From Candidatus Saccharimonadota bacterium (GTDB lineage Bacteria > Patescibacteriota > Saccharimonadia > Saccharimonadales > Saccharimonadaceae): a stretch of 32,000 bases of DNA. The DNA is taken from the NCBI GenBank assembly GCA_020160975.1, contig JAIUPJ010000001.1, positions 150,001 to 182,000 on the forward strand, in the 5' to 3' direction. Shown here in pieces: positions 1 through 10,047 of the stretch (positions are counted from its first letter, which is position 1; each line of letters starts with the position of its first letter). A program made the translations under genes and the position numbers. The notes under the pieces are model-generated. The model did no database searches. It saw only the letters and a program-made list of their open reading frames with translations, and had not been told where the DNA came from.

Positions 1-170
1 GGCCATTTGAAACGCTCAAGCGCTTTTTCAAAATCTATATCAGAGACTTCGATGGCGCCAGCGACCTCCGCGACCAACTGATGCACTGCACAAGCACCAA
101 CGAAGTTCGCCGCATCCTCAGTAACCATCGTTAGCTCTGACATACACCCTGCCATCCATCCACTACTCAT
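1..170 (-). CDS. hypothetical protein, 5' part only (gene continues past left edge)
   Basis: Minus-strand frame is open from ATG 170..168 to position 1 (MSSGWMAGCMSELTMVTEDAANFVGACAVHQLVAEVAGAIEVSDIDFEKALERFKW..). Absent from the ORF track because there is no stop in the window. GGAGGG lies 12 nt upstream (long spacing). No family recognised. Confidence 0.3.
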   Translation of the reverse strand, partial: MSSGWMAGCMSELTMVTEDAANFVGACAVHQLVAEVAGAIEVSDIDFEKALERFKW

Positions 171-354
171 CCATTTGTCCTACCCTCCGCCGATTGATCG
201 ATCCAGATCAATGTTATGTACAATTTTCTATGACGGCCATCACAAAAAGTGATACAAATTGTGGCATGATGTAGTTCCTATAAGAGAGCAAAGATGGTCT
301 TGATAATGTAAATAATTTCGACAGGCTCGATAGGTACGCTGTGAGGTACGCGCG

Positions 355-780
355 TTAGCGACGGCGGTGTCGTCGTTGCAAATCAGCTACCTTGAGGCGG
401 ACGGCGTGACGATCCACCAGTTGATGGGCCTTCTCGAGCTCTACTTGATCACTGGCGGCATCGCGCAGTTGTAGGGCACGGTCGAGTGCCGCCTGGGTCT
501 CAGCCTCGACAATGTCTTCGCCGTGCTCCGCTTCATTGACTAGCACGCGCACGCGTGAGCTGTTGATCTCGACGATACCTCCACTAATTGCAAACAACTC
601 TAGCTGGCTATCGCTATCTTGCTTGTTCCGCCGCACCATGACGACTCCCGGTTTCGCCACGGTTACGAGATCTTCGTGACCAGGAAATATCGAAATTTCA
701 CCGTCTTTGGTTGGCAACATAACTTCGTAGACATTTTCATTGATTTTTGTCCCGGACAGGGTGATAAGCTCAAGATCCAT
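355..780 (-). CDS. atpC: F1F0 ATP synthase subunit epsilon
   Basis: 141-aa ORF. N-terminal beta-sandwich-like segment (EVMLPTKDGEISIFPGHEDLVT, ISGGIVEI) plus C-terminal helical region typical of epsilon. Lies at the distal end of the atp cluster. Confidence 0.9.
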   Translation of the reverse strand: MDLELITLSGTKINENVYEVMLPTKDGEISIFPGHEDLVTVAKPGVVMVRRNKQDSDSQLELFAISGGIVEINSSRVRVLVNEAEHGEDIVEAETQAALDRALQLRDAASDQVELEKAHQLVDRHAVRLKVADLQRRHRRR

Positions 781-796
781 ATAGTTCTATGATAGC

Positions 797-821
797 AGAA
801 AACCCCTCGGCGAGCGAGGGG
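797..821 (-). terminator. putative intrinsic terminator downstream of the 101-aa membrane gene
   Basis: Minus strand reads CCCCTCG-ctcgc-CGAGGGG (arms 821..815 and 809..803) followed by TTTTC. 7-bp GC stem, 5-nt loop. Confidence 0.5.
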
Positions 822-849
822 TACGAAAAGGAGTGAGACAGGGGCGGCG

Positions 850-892
850 GGGGGCTGTGCACAGATGACGGATGTCACCGCGCACAGCCCCC
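850..892 (-). other. GC-rich stem-loop directly after the stop of the 101-aa membrane gene
   Basis: GGGGGCTGTGC (850..860) pairs perfectly with GCACAGCCCCC (882..892). The 21-nt loop contains an inner TGAC/GTCA pair. No T-run follows. Confidence 0.4.
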
Positions 893-907
893 ATGCATCT
901 GCTGGTG

Positions 908-1213
908 CTAGAAGCCGTGGAAGCCATACACCAGCATGGCGGCGAAGATGCCCCACAGCAGCACACTGCCGATCAACCCGAGCCAGAAATAACGGCCCAA
1001 GTGAATGGCCCAGCTACCGCACTGGACAGCACCGAACAACAGATACGCCCCCAGCCCCCACCAGAAGCCACCGATGGCCGCCGCGAAGATGGTCATCAGG
1101 ATACCCACCAGGGTGGCGATGATCGGGATGACAAGGTCAATCTTCTCGTCCTCATCTTCCACGTACAGGTGCGTACGCTCGGTGACAGTGAACGGGTCGG
1201 GACGATGCTCCAT
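908..1213 (-). CDS. small integral membrane protein (about 3 TM), unknown function, located between atpD and atpC
   Basis: 101-aa ORF with acidic N-terminus (YVEDEDEKID) and hydrophobic segments (LVIPIIATLVGILMTIFAAAIGGFWWGLGAYLLFGAV; WLGLIGSVLLWGIFAAMLVYGF). AAGGAG at 1225..1220 lies 6 nt before the ATG. Has its own promoter and flanking hairpins. Confidence 0.7.
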   Translation of the reverse strand: MEHRPDPFTVTERTHLYVEDEDEKIDLVIPIIATLVGILMTIFAAAIGGFWWGLGAYLLFGAVQCGSWAIHLGRYFWLGLIGSVLLWGIFAAMLVYGFHGF

Positions 1214-1264
1214 CTCAAACTCCTTACGATAGGTTCGACCTGAAGTAATCAGGTATCAATCATC

Positions 1265-1293
1265 ATTATACCATACTTAACAAAAAAATACAA
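1265..1293 (-). promoter_or_regulatory. sigma70-type promoter for the 101-aa membrane gene
   Basis: Minus strand: TTGTAT (1293..1288), 17-bp spacer, TGgTATAAT (-10 at 1270..1265). The -35 sits in the 3' arm of the atpD terminator. Confidence 0.5.
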
Positions 1294-1318
1294 GTGCGCC
1301 CTGATCGCACTTGTATTT
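1282..1318 (-). terminator. intrinsic terminator immediately after atpD
   Basis: Minus strand: ATACAAGTGCG-atcaggg-CGCACTTGTAT (arms 1316..1306 and 1298..1288, extendable by 2 A-T pairs) followed by TTTTTTT (1288..1282). Begins about 20 nt after the atpD stop. Confidence 0.8.
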
Positions 1319-1338
1319 CGTCACCGCAAAGGGAGAGG

Positions 1339-2862
<1,524 letters not shown>

Positions 2863-2866
<4 letters not shown>

Positions 2867-3729
2867 TTCATCGCCTCCGCACCACCGCTAATCTCGGCTA
2901 GCTCTTGGGTAATTGCACCCTGGCGGGCTTTGTTCATCTCCAGTGTCAAGTCGTCGACCAGGTCAGTCGCGTTGTCGGTGGCGTTTTTCATGGCCAGCAT
3001 GCGCATGCTGTGTTCGCTGGCGCGGCTATCCAGCAAAGCTTGAAACAGACGCGAGCCTATCAGGCGATAGGCGACATCGTCGAGCACGGCTTCGACACTC
3101 GGCTCGTATACGGCGTCACGCACAAAACTCGATACTGGCACCTCTGAAAATCCAGCGGGAAATAGGCGAGCCACCCTCGCTTCTTGGGTGATACTACTGA
3201 CGAATTTTGTATAAATCACGTCGACTGCATCTACTTCGTGAGCTTCAAACGCATCTTTGGCGGTGTTGAGAATCGCATGAAACTGCGAACCCTCGGGGTG
3301 GTCGGGTAGGTCTTCATAGGTTCCCACCACCTCGGTGTCTTTGATGCGCGTCACAAAGGCCGAGGCCTTGCGCCCGACGGCGATTGTCTTGTTCGCCACC
3401 TTGTCAGTATCATCGGATTTCAAGTTCGACACATAGGCCTTGAGGACATTGGCATTGAATGCACCCGCCAAACCCTTGTCGCTGGCAATGACGATAATCA
3501 TGCGCGATTTGATGGGGCGCTCCTCAAACCATTTGTGGTACGTAGTCACACCCTGGCTATTGAGATAGCTCAGCAGTTCGTTGGCGGCGCGCTCATAGGG
3601 CGCTGAGGCCTTGGTAGCATCCTGCGCTCGGCGCATTTTGCTTGCCGCGACCATCTGCATGGCCTTGGTAATCTGCTTGGTTGATTTCACCGAGCGGATG
3701 CGGGATTTTAATTGCTGCGTTGAGGCCAT
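2863..3729 (-). CDS. atpG: F1F0 ATP synthase subunit gamma
   Basis: 288-aa ORF. Gamma-type termini (LKSRIRSVKSTKQITKAMQMVAASKMRRAQ ... ITQELAEISGGAEA). TAATG junction with the atpA stop. Confidence 0.95.
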
Positions 3730-5267
3730 TAGCCCTCAAACCCTTTCGCGACTGATTTGCCGACTTCTTTTAGTGCTTTTTCGACTTCTGCTTGATCGTC
3801 AAGCTTCTTATCACCCTTGTTGAGGGCGCGCATGGCTTCTTTGTGATCAGTCCAGAGGCGAGTCAGGTAGGCTTTTTGAGCATCTTTGATCTTGCTGGCA
3901 GGAACTTTGTCGAACAAGCCTTCGCTGACCGCAAAGATGCTGGCAACTTGCTCCCAGATGCTCATTGGCTGGTATTGCGGTTGCTTGAGAAGTTCTGTCA
4001 GGCGCTGACCACGCTCGATCTGCGCCTTGGTGGCATCGTCGAGATCACTGCCAAATTGTGCAAAGCTGGCGAGCTCGCGGAACTGTGAAAGTCCAAGCTT
4101 CAAGTGGCCAGAAACGCTCTTAACTGCCTTTGTCTGGGCATCGCCACCTACGCGACTGACCGAGAGACCAGCCGAAATTGCCGGGCGAATCCCTTGGTAA
4201 AAGAGGTCTGTCTCCATGAAAATCTGGCCATCGGTGATCGAAATTACGTTGGTAGGAATATACGCCGAGATATCTCCCGCTTGGGTCTCGATAATAGGTA
4301 GCGCCGTCAGGCTGCCAGCACCAAGCTCATCGCTCAACTTGCTCGAACGCTCAAGCAAGCGAGAGTGCAGGTAAAACACATCACCAGGAAAGGCTTCGCG
4401 GCCTGGCGGGCGACGGAGCAGCAGAGACATCTGCCGATACGCCACCGCGTGCTTTGTTAGGTCATCATAAATCATCAATGCATGGCCTTTGTTGTCGCGG
4501 AAATATTCACCCATCGCTGTACCAGCATAGGGAGCCAAGTAGAGCAGAGAGGCTGGGTCAGATGGACCGGTGGCCACCACAATCGTTTGATCCATCACGC
4601 CTTCTTGCTTGAGGCGCTCGACGAGCCGCGCAACCTTTGAGAGCTTCTGGCCAATCGCGACATAGACGTTCACTACCCCTGTCTTTTGCTTGGCTTGGTT
4701 AATCATGGTGTCAAGGGCAATAGCAGTTTTGCCTGTCTGGCGGTCACCAATGATAAGCTCGCGCTGACCACGACCGATAGGGAACATGGCATCGATCGCC
4801 ATAATACCGGTCATCATCGGCTCGTGCACATGCTTACGGCCGAGGACACCAATTGCTTCGCGCTCCACTGCGCCGCGCTCTTTGGTAGTAATCGCAGGGC
4901 CGCCATCGAGCGCTTCACCGAGCGGGCTTACTACACGGCCAAGCAGCTCTGGACCGACTGGAACAGATAGCACCTCGCCTTTGAGCTTTACGCTATCCCC
5001 AGCCGAGACACCTTGGTCACTCCCCAGCAACACCGCACCAATCTCATCTTCCATCAAGTTAAGAGCAAACGCTTCAACCACACCGCTCGCGGTCTCTATC
5101 TGTAGCACCTCGCTGTAGCCAGCACTCGACAATCCGTGAATCCAGGCCACGCCATCTCCGACGCGCGTTACAATGCCTCGTGACTCAAGTTGGTCGCTCG
5201 TGTCGAGCTTCGCAATCGCATCACGCAGGCTTTTTGACAAATCTGTTACTGCTATATCAGCCATCAA
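3729..5267 (-). CDS. atpA: F1F0 ATP synthase subunit alpha
   Basis: 512-aa ORF. Walker [55 protein letters not shown]. Confidence 0.97.
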   Translation of the reverse strand: MMADIAVTDLSKSLRDAIAKLDTSDQLESRGIVTRVGDGVAWIHGLSSAGYSEVLQIETASGVVEAFALNLMEDEIGAVLLGSDQGVSAGDSVKLKGEVLSVPVGPELLGRVVSPLGEALDGGPAITTKERGAVEREAIGVLGRKHVHEPMMTGIMAIDAMFPIGRGQRELIIGDRQTGKTAIALDTMINQAKQKTGVVNVYVAIGQKLSKVARLVERLKQEGVMDQTIVVATGPSDPASLLYLAPYAGTAMGEYFRDNKGHALMIYDDLTKHAVAYRQMSLLLRRPPGREAFPGDVFYLHSRLLERSSKLSDELGAGSLTALPIIETQAGDISAYIPTNVISITDGQIFMETDLFYQGIRPAISAGLSVSRVGGDAQTKAVKSVSGHLKLGLSQFRELASFAQFGSDLDDATKAQIERGQRLTELLKQPQYQPMSIWEQVASIFAVSEGLFDKVPASKIKDAQKAYLTRLWTDHKEAMRALNKGDKKLDDQAEVEKALKEVGKSVAKGFEG

Positions 5268-5278
5268 AAGTCCTTTCC

Positions 5279-5659
5279 TTATAGCTTTGCCCGCTTGAGG
5301 GCCTGTAGTTTAGTTCTTACTGTCGCATCGAGCATTTTGCCGGGCGTTTTCACGCGTACGCCACCGATAATCTGCTGATCAACCGTTTCTCTGAAATACA
5401 CGCTGTTGCTACCAATCAATGTTCGGATATCTGCTTTTTCTGCGTCAGTCAGGGCATAGGCAGTGGTAACATCTGCCACTACCACGCTCCGTGCAGCGAG
5501 CTCATCTTCGATTGCCCGCACTACCAGCTCTGCTTCTCGAACGCGACCAGATTCTGTCAGATAGGCGGCAATCTCGGCAATAACGGTCGCTGAGATCGCT
5601 CCATCAACCACCTGGTTTGCAGCATACAGAGCGAGCTTGCGGCGCGACAGTTTGTCCAT
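5279..5659 (-). CDS. atpH: F1F0 ATP synthase subunit delta (OSCP-like), unusually short
   Basis: 126-aa ORF in the delta position. OSCP-like C-terminus ([27 protein letters not shown]). Start shares a TAATG junction with the atpF stop, so no longer in-frame start is available. Confidence 0.8.
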   Translation of the reverse strand: MDKLSRRKLALYAANQVVDGAISATVIAEIAAYLTESGRVREAELVVRAIEDELAARSVVVADVTTAYALTDAEKADIRTLIGSNSVYFRETVDQQIIGGVRVKTPGKMLDATVRTKLQALKRAKL

Positions 5660-6189
5660 TAGTTGAGCGCTTCCTTGATCAAGGTTTTATCAACCTTCGC
5701 ATTGATGGTCTTACCAACGACTTTTTCAGTCGCGAGCGCCACGAGATCAATCGTCTCGTTGTGGAGCGCTTTTTTGGCTGCCAATACATCCTTTGCGATT
5801 GATTCTTGGGCCTCGGCCACGATCCTCTCAGCACTTGACTTGGCTTTCTCTTCAGAAGCCGCAATCATGTTTGTCGCCTCTGTTTTAGCGGTCATCACGA
5901 TGTCACTGGCTTCTTTTTGTGCGTCACGCATGAGTGATTTAATTTTCTCTTCGGCCCTGGCCGCTTCATCCTGAGCTTCTTTGGCGGCTTTTTGGCCTGC
6001 TTCGAGCTCGGCCTCTCGCGTATCGATCATTTTGTTGAGCACAGGGTAGACAAACTTCGAAAGCAGCCACAAAAGCAGCAAGAATGCGATCGACTGCAGT
6101 ACCAAAAGCTTCCAATCAATCCCCAGCGACTCAAACAGCCCCGAATTCTCGGCAGAAGTGTTGGCGACATAGGTTAATGCTGTTGGCAT
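5659..6189 (-). CDS. atpF: F1F0 ATP synthase subunit b
   Basis: 176-aa ORF. Single N-terminal TM (LLVLQSIAFLLLLWLLSKFVYPVL) then a long charged Ala/Glu/Lys helix. Canonical operon position. Confidence 0.85.
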   Translation of the reverse strand: MPTALTYVANTSAENSGLFESLGIDWKLLVLQSIAFLLLLWLLSKFVYPVLNKMIDTREAELEAGQKAAKEAQDEAARAEEKIKSLMRDAQKEASDIVMTAKTEATNMIAASEEKAKSSAERIVAEAQESIAKDVLAAKKALHNETIDLVALATEKVVGKTINAKVDKTLIKEALN

Positions 6190-6207
6190 AGTTCTCGGGC
6201 TCCTTGA

Positions 6208-6423
6208 TTATTTCAAGAACTTTACGAGAATAGCCACCACGAAACCAATGATCGCGAGTGCATCGACAAAAGACACGGCCAGGATCATCAGGCCCCGCAG
6301 GTCACCGATCTTCTCTGGGTTGCGGCCAGCGGCGTTTAGGGCGCCCATGCCGACCAAGCCAGCGCCGATACCAGCACCGAGTGCTGCAATTGCATAAGTG
6401 AGACCAAATGCGAGTGATTCCAT
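6208..6423 (-). CDS. atpE: F1F0 ATP synthase subunit c
   Basis: 71-aa two-helix hairpin. Gly-rich helix 1 (GAGIGAGLVGMGA), polar loop GRNPE, carboxylate in helix 2 (SFVDALAIIG). Confidence 0.9.
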   Translation of the reverse strand: MESLAFGLTYAIAALGAGIGAGLVGMGALNAAGRNPEKIGDLRGLMILAVSFVDALAIIGFVVAILVKFLK

Positions 6424-6477
6424 TATTATTTCTCCTTTAGTTAATTACTTAATTTCTTACGGTCACGAGCACGATTG

Positions 6478-7293
6478 TTATGCCGTCGACACCACCTGCT
6501 TGTCAGCGTGGGTATCGTCCGAGTGCTCGCCGTGGCTCACCATACCGAGCCCGATAAACACTGTCGTAAGCATAAAGAACACATAGGCTTGGATCGAGCC
6601 GATAAATAGCTCAAAAATCATAAACGGCAACAGCGCGATGCCCGCCAGGTATTGGGTCATGAAGCCCACCATGATGATGAGAACCTCACCCGCAAAGACA
6701 TTACCAAATAAACGAAGCGACAGGGCAAGCAGACGCGAAATCTCGGCAATCAGCTCGAGAATACCCTCAAATGCGCCCGCCGGATCGGTGATGGGATTGC
6801 GGAAATACCGGCCGAGATTGCCAAAAAAGCCGTGTGTTTTAATGGCATAAATCTGCACCACTACCATACTGATGATTGCCATCGCGAAGGTGACATTCAT
6901 ATCAGCCACCAAGCCGCGAAATAGTGGCACGCCGCCAACCGTCACAGGGCCGACAAAGGGTAAGATACCCAGCCAATAGTTGACGATGATGATGAAAAAC
7001 AAGCTAATCGACAGAGGAGCTATCCGCCGTGCGAGTGTTTTGTCTCCCAAGACCTGCTCTACCGTACCGAGCAGCATTTCATAGATCATCATCACGAGTT
7101 TAGTCACCACATTGCCACGCCCCGTCTTTGCCGCACGCGCCGTCGAAAACAATGCCCAAATCACCAACGCATAGCCGATTAACCCTAGCAACATCGAGTT
7201 TGTGACTGGAATCGTTCCGAGGTGAAACAACACATCAGCCTTGATGTTGATATGCGGACTGGCCGCAGCAAATTGTGTCAGTGATTGATTCAC
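6478..7293 (-). CDS. atpB: F1F0 ATP synthase subunit a
   Basis: 271-aa multi-TM ORF with the a-subunit signature LSLRLFGNVFAGE. GTG start overlaps the upstream stop (GTGA). Confidence 0.9.
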   Translation of the reverse strand: MNQSLTQFAAASPHINIKADVLFHLGTIPVTNSMLLGLIGYALVIWALFSTARAAKTGRGNVVTKLVMMIYEMLLGTVEQVLGDKTLARRIAPLSISLFFIIIVNYWLGILPFVGPVTVGGVPLFRGLVADMNVTFAMAIISMVVVQIYAIKTHGFFGNLGRYFRNPITDPAGAFEGILELIAEISRLLALSLRLFGNVFAGEVLIIMVGFMTQYLAGIALLPFMIFELFIGSIQAYVFFMLTTVFIGLGMVSHGEHSDDTHADKQVVSTA

Positions 7294-7559
7294 GAATGTT
7301 CCTTATTATTAGAGGCCTTTGTGGCTGCTTTGTACTGCATATATACGAGGACAACGGCCATGATACTACCGATAAAGGTGCCCGCCAGCACGCCCACAGG
7401 GCGGCTCGCGACTAATTTATCGATACCATAACCGATGATCGCACCGCCAAGAACGGGAACGAACATACGCCAGGTTGTGTCACCGATTGTCGCCAGGACA
7501 ACCATCGTAGGTGACGGGTCGGCTGAGCGCGCGCCATCGTTAGTTGGCTTTATCACCAT
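7290..7559 (-). CDS. AtpI/AtpZ-like small membrane protein (atp operon leader gene)
   Basis: 89-aa ORF with two predicted TM helices (MFVPVLGGAIIGYGIDKL; VLAGTFIGSIMAVVLVY). Translationally coupled to atpB. Call rests on position, size and topology. Confidence 0.6.
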   Translation of the reverse strand: MVIKPTNDGARSADPSPTMVVLATIGDTTWRMFVPVLGGAIIGYGIDKLVASRPVGVLAGTFIGSIMAVVLVYMQYKAATKASNNKEHS

Positions 7560-7599
7560 GTACCTCTATACTATATCAGTAGAAAGAAAGAGGTTCAAG

Positions 7600-7803
7600 A
7601 TGCCACGGCGCAACCGCACTCCCAAACACCAGCCTTACCAGCCGACCACTGCCGCGGCACCGCTCAAAAAGCGTTTTGCGAGTAAACAGGCTGCAGCGCG
7701 TGCCGTCGTAGAACTTTCCAAATACCATCTTGATCTGCAGCTCGACATCTACCAGTCACCTGTCGATGGGGGATGGTACTTGACTACTGCAACAGAGCTT
7801 TAG
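7600..7803 (+). CDS. small basic hypothetical protein (67 aa)
   Basis: Internal ATG of track ORF 7435..7803. AAGAGG lies 7 nt upstream. The longer version would overlap the AtpI/AtpZ-like gene on the other strand. Sequence MPRRNRTPKHQ...LDIYQSPVDGGWYLTTATEL. Confidence 0.5.
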   Translation: MPRRNRTPKHQPYQPTTAAAPLKKRFASKQAAARAVVELSKYHLDLQLDIYQSPVDGGWYLTTATEL

Positions 7804-7813
7804 GTCAGCCCTA

Positions 7814-9628
7814 CTAATAGATCGAGTACTGCTGATTGTACACCGTCGCCATCTGAGGCATGCCTTGTCCCGAGAAAGAGCCTGGCGCAAGCTGGATGCC
7901 ATCAATCACCAGGCCGATCGCCGCTGGAGTAGCTCCTGCTGCGTCTGGATTCGCAATATAACTGATATAGCCTGCTGTACCTAGCTGTGGATAGGTGCTT
8001 CCATCCTCATCTGCTAGGTAGGCGTTGTCCGCGATATACATCCTACCATCTGGACCACGGCGAACCTGACCACCACTACGATCATTGGCTAAACTGACGC
8101 TTGGGGAGGTGCGATTTGTCATAATGGTACTAACAATCGACTGGGTGGCTTTTATGCCTGAGGATGATCCCGCGTTGAGATCATATCGTACCAGACTGCC
8201 CGGAAACTTGTGCGTCACATACACATATCGCTCGGCAGGGGAAAGATCTGCCGTATATCCATCATGATCTCCAGTGGTCGCCACGGTGGCGGTCTCCCAC
8301 GATACGTTAAGGCTGACCGCGCCCGTAGTAGGATCAAGGTTCATGTAGTATATCGTTCCACTTGGAGTGGTACTCGATTTGCTGCAAGCAAACGCGCCGA
8401 CCAGCACCAGCATCTTCGTGTAGTCGCCCGAGAAATTGATGGAACCAAAACCGTAAGTACCGTGATTTGTCGGCACGTTGAGACCCGTTCCTAGTTGGCA
8501 CCTTCTTGGCAGCGGGTTTAGCGCCCAGGTAGTCGGCGTCGGGTCAATTGAGCCATCGGTTTTAACAAGAAACCCAATTATTTTTTCTCTACCGGGGGTC
8601 GGACTATAGGTATACACATAATACCCGCCACCGCCCACCTTTGGAACCGCTCCGAGCGCCTCGGCGGAATAACTCTTGTCGGGGTTATTGCCATTATAAC
8701 TGTTTGGAATTCCCAACCCTTTACCCGTACCGAGCATAATGTTCTTTGAGATTACCGCTCCGTTGCCACTGTTTCTTGTCATGTCGATAATGTTGAGATA
8801 GAGTTCACCGAGGCCAGTCTGCGCTTGTCCGGTGTTGCTTATTACCGCATAGCGCGTGCGCTTGACATCGAGAGGAAAGACTGCCGCGCCCTGAGTCGCA
8901 CTACTTGCACCTTTCATAGGATTAGGGTCGCCAGTTTGATCGGCCATTACTGCTCCGGTCTTGTCCCAAACGGTAAGGCCATTGGAGAAGAATTGCAAGT
9001 TACCATACATGTCGTTTACTACGGTCGATCCCTCTTCTATACTAAATGCCATACCGCCGGGAGGAGCCAGCGCAACAGGCATTGCGTTGCCATTCGCCCC
9101 GAAGTCAAGTCTCCCGTTATTACCAAAATACCAGTTTCGTTTGCTCGCACGGTCACCCACAGGGTCGATCTTGTTTGTGGCCTGAAGATGAGACCGCTTC
9201 GTATAGTCTTTCCACGATACTCCTGTCGAGGTTTGGACAAGCTGTGTCGTGCCGTCGACTACTACAATCTTAGACTCCGCCGTCGCTTGGGTCATCCTCG
9301 CGGTGTAGGTAGTTCTGTAGAGCGGTGCCCCTGATGATTGGTTGATAATATAGGCAGACGCCCCTGATTGTACGACGCCTGCGCAATTCGTAGCGGGAGT
9401 GATGCTGACGGCCCCACCTTTGAATGTAGCGTCGTCAAGACACGCCTCGGCGTGTTTGATGCCGCTTTCTGCGGCATCACGCGCCAACGCTTCGTAGTAC
9501 TGCGTGTCGAGTACGGTTCGTACTGACGCCGCACTACCGAGAGTGACCACCATAACCGCAAAAAGGACCGTCCCCACAATCACAACTGTCGGGAGAGCAA
9601 ATCCAGCGCGTAATGTTCTGCGCAACAT
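7814..9628 (-). CDS. PilX-type minor (pseudo)pilin with large C-terminal repeat/propeller-like domain
   Basis: 604-aa ORF. Class III signal-like N-terminus MLRRTLRAG|FALPTVVIVGTVLFAVMVVTL with no Glu at +5. Followed by QYYEALARDAAESGIKHAEACL, reminiscent of PilX N-terminal domains. The rest is Gly/Thr/Ser/Tyr-rich beta-type sequence (ERYVYVTHKFPGSLVRYDL, GPDGRMYIADN). Confidence 0.6.
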   Translation of the reverse strand: MLRRTLRAGFALPTVVIVGTVLFAVMVVTLGSAASVRTVLDTQYYEALARDAAESGIKHAEACLDDATFKGGAVSITPATNCAGVVQSGASAYIINQSSGAPLYRTTYTARMTQATAESKIVVVDGTTQLVQTSTGVSWKDYTKRSHLQATNKIDPVGDRASKRNWYFGNNGRLDFGANGNAMPVALAPPGGMAFSIEEGSTVVNDMYGNLQFFSNGLTVWDKTGAVMADQTGDPNPMKGASSATQGAAVFPLDVKRTRYAVISNTGQAQTGLGELYLNIIDMTRNSGNGAVISKNIMLGTGKGLGIPNSYNGNNPDKSYSAEALGAVPKVGGGGYYVYTYSPTPGREKIIGFLVKTDGSIDPTPTTWALNPLPRRCQLGTGLNVPTNHGTYGFGSINFSGDYTKMLVLVGAFACSKSSTTPSGTIYYMNLDPTTGAVSLNVSWETATVATTGDHDGYTADLSPAERYVYVTHKFPGSLVRYDLNAGSSSGIKATQSIVSTIMTNRTSPSVSLANDRSGGQVRRGPDGRMYIADNAYLADEDGSTYPQLGTAGYISYIANPDAAGATPAAIGLVIDGIQLAPGSFSGQGMPQMATVYNQQYSIY

Positions 9629-9634
9629 ATGTCT

Positions 9635-9643
9635 AGTGTAGCA
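9635..9643 (-). promoter_or_regulatory. extended -10 box (TGcTACACT) 6 nt upstream of the pilin-like ATG, leaderless geometry
   Basis: Minus strand reads TATGCTACACT-agacat-ATG(9628). No SD in between. Confidence 0.5.
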
Positions 9644-9732
9644 TAAGTAGTTTCATCCAGCTACTTGACCCATAGTGCTTATGTTGTTATCATAGACGCT
9701 ATATATAGAGTCTAATCAATAAAGGATCGCGT

Positions 9733-9990
9733 ATGAGTCAAGTCATTCTCTACAGTGCGCCGTGGTGTGCATTTTGCAAAACTGAAAAACAATACCTTGA
9801 TCATCTCGGTGTACCATTTGTGGTACGCGACATCGAAGAAGACGACGGAGCTATGGCAGAACTACTGGCAAAGGTCGGCGGCGAAACCAGTAGTGTACCT
9901 GTCACCGACATCGACGGCACAATTATTCGCGGCTTTGATCGCATCAAGATCGATGCTGCTCTTGAAGAAAAAGGCCTTGTCGAAAAATAA
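9733..9990 (+). CDS. glutaredoxin-like (NrdH/YruB-type) small redoxin
   Basis: 85-aa ORF. CAFC active site near the N-terminus after a beta strand (VILYSAPWCAFCK). SVPVTDIDG matches the cis-Pro region. AAAGGA lies upstream of the ATG. A TTGACC(9665..9670)-17-TATCAT(9688..9693) promoter is possible. Confidence 0.85.
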   Translation: MSQVILYSAPWCAFCKTEKQYLDHLGVPFVVRDIEEDDGAMAELLAKVGGETSSVPVTDIDGTIIRGFDRIKIDAALEEKGLVEK

Positions 9991-10012
9991 TCAATACGTA
10001 TAGTATTTACGC

Positions 10013-10041
10013 TTGATTGAGACATAGTCCAGGGGTATAGT
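10013..10041 (+). promoter_or_regulatory. sigma70-type promoter with leaderless geometry for the AAA+ gene
   Basis: TTGATT (10013..10018), 17-bp spacer, TATAGT (10036..10041), then 6 nt (acccct) to ATG 10048. No SD. Confidence 0.55.
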
Positions 10042-10047
10042 ACCCCT

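Noticed and set aside
193-351. Inverted repeat ATTGATC-gatcca-GATCAAT (193..212) and direct repeat AGGTACGC x2 (332..339, 344..351) in the spacer after atpC
   Set aside because: Both are short and isolated, with no T-run and no partner motif elsewhere in the window. They could be operator or terminator fragments, but I have insufficient support to call them.
901-1200. High G+C (181/300 by hand count) as evidence that the 101-aa membrane gene is foreign
   Set aside because: atpC next door is equally GC-rich (72/120 over 361..480), so composition does not discriminate here. The insertion argument rests on operon structure only.
663-1243. Track ORFs 663..956(-), 865..1122(+), 872..1243(+), 1005..1232(+)
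   Set aside because: They overlap atpC, the hairpins and the 101-aa membrane gene. Only 908..1213(-) has a promoter, a well-spaced AAGGAG and a membrane-protein-like sequence.
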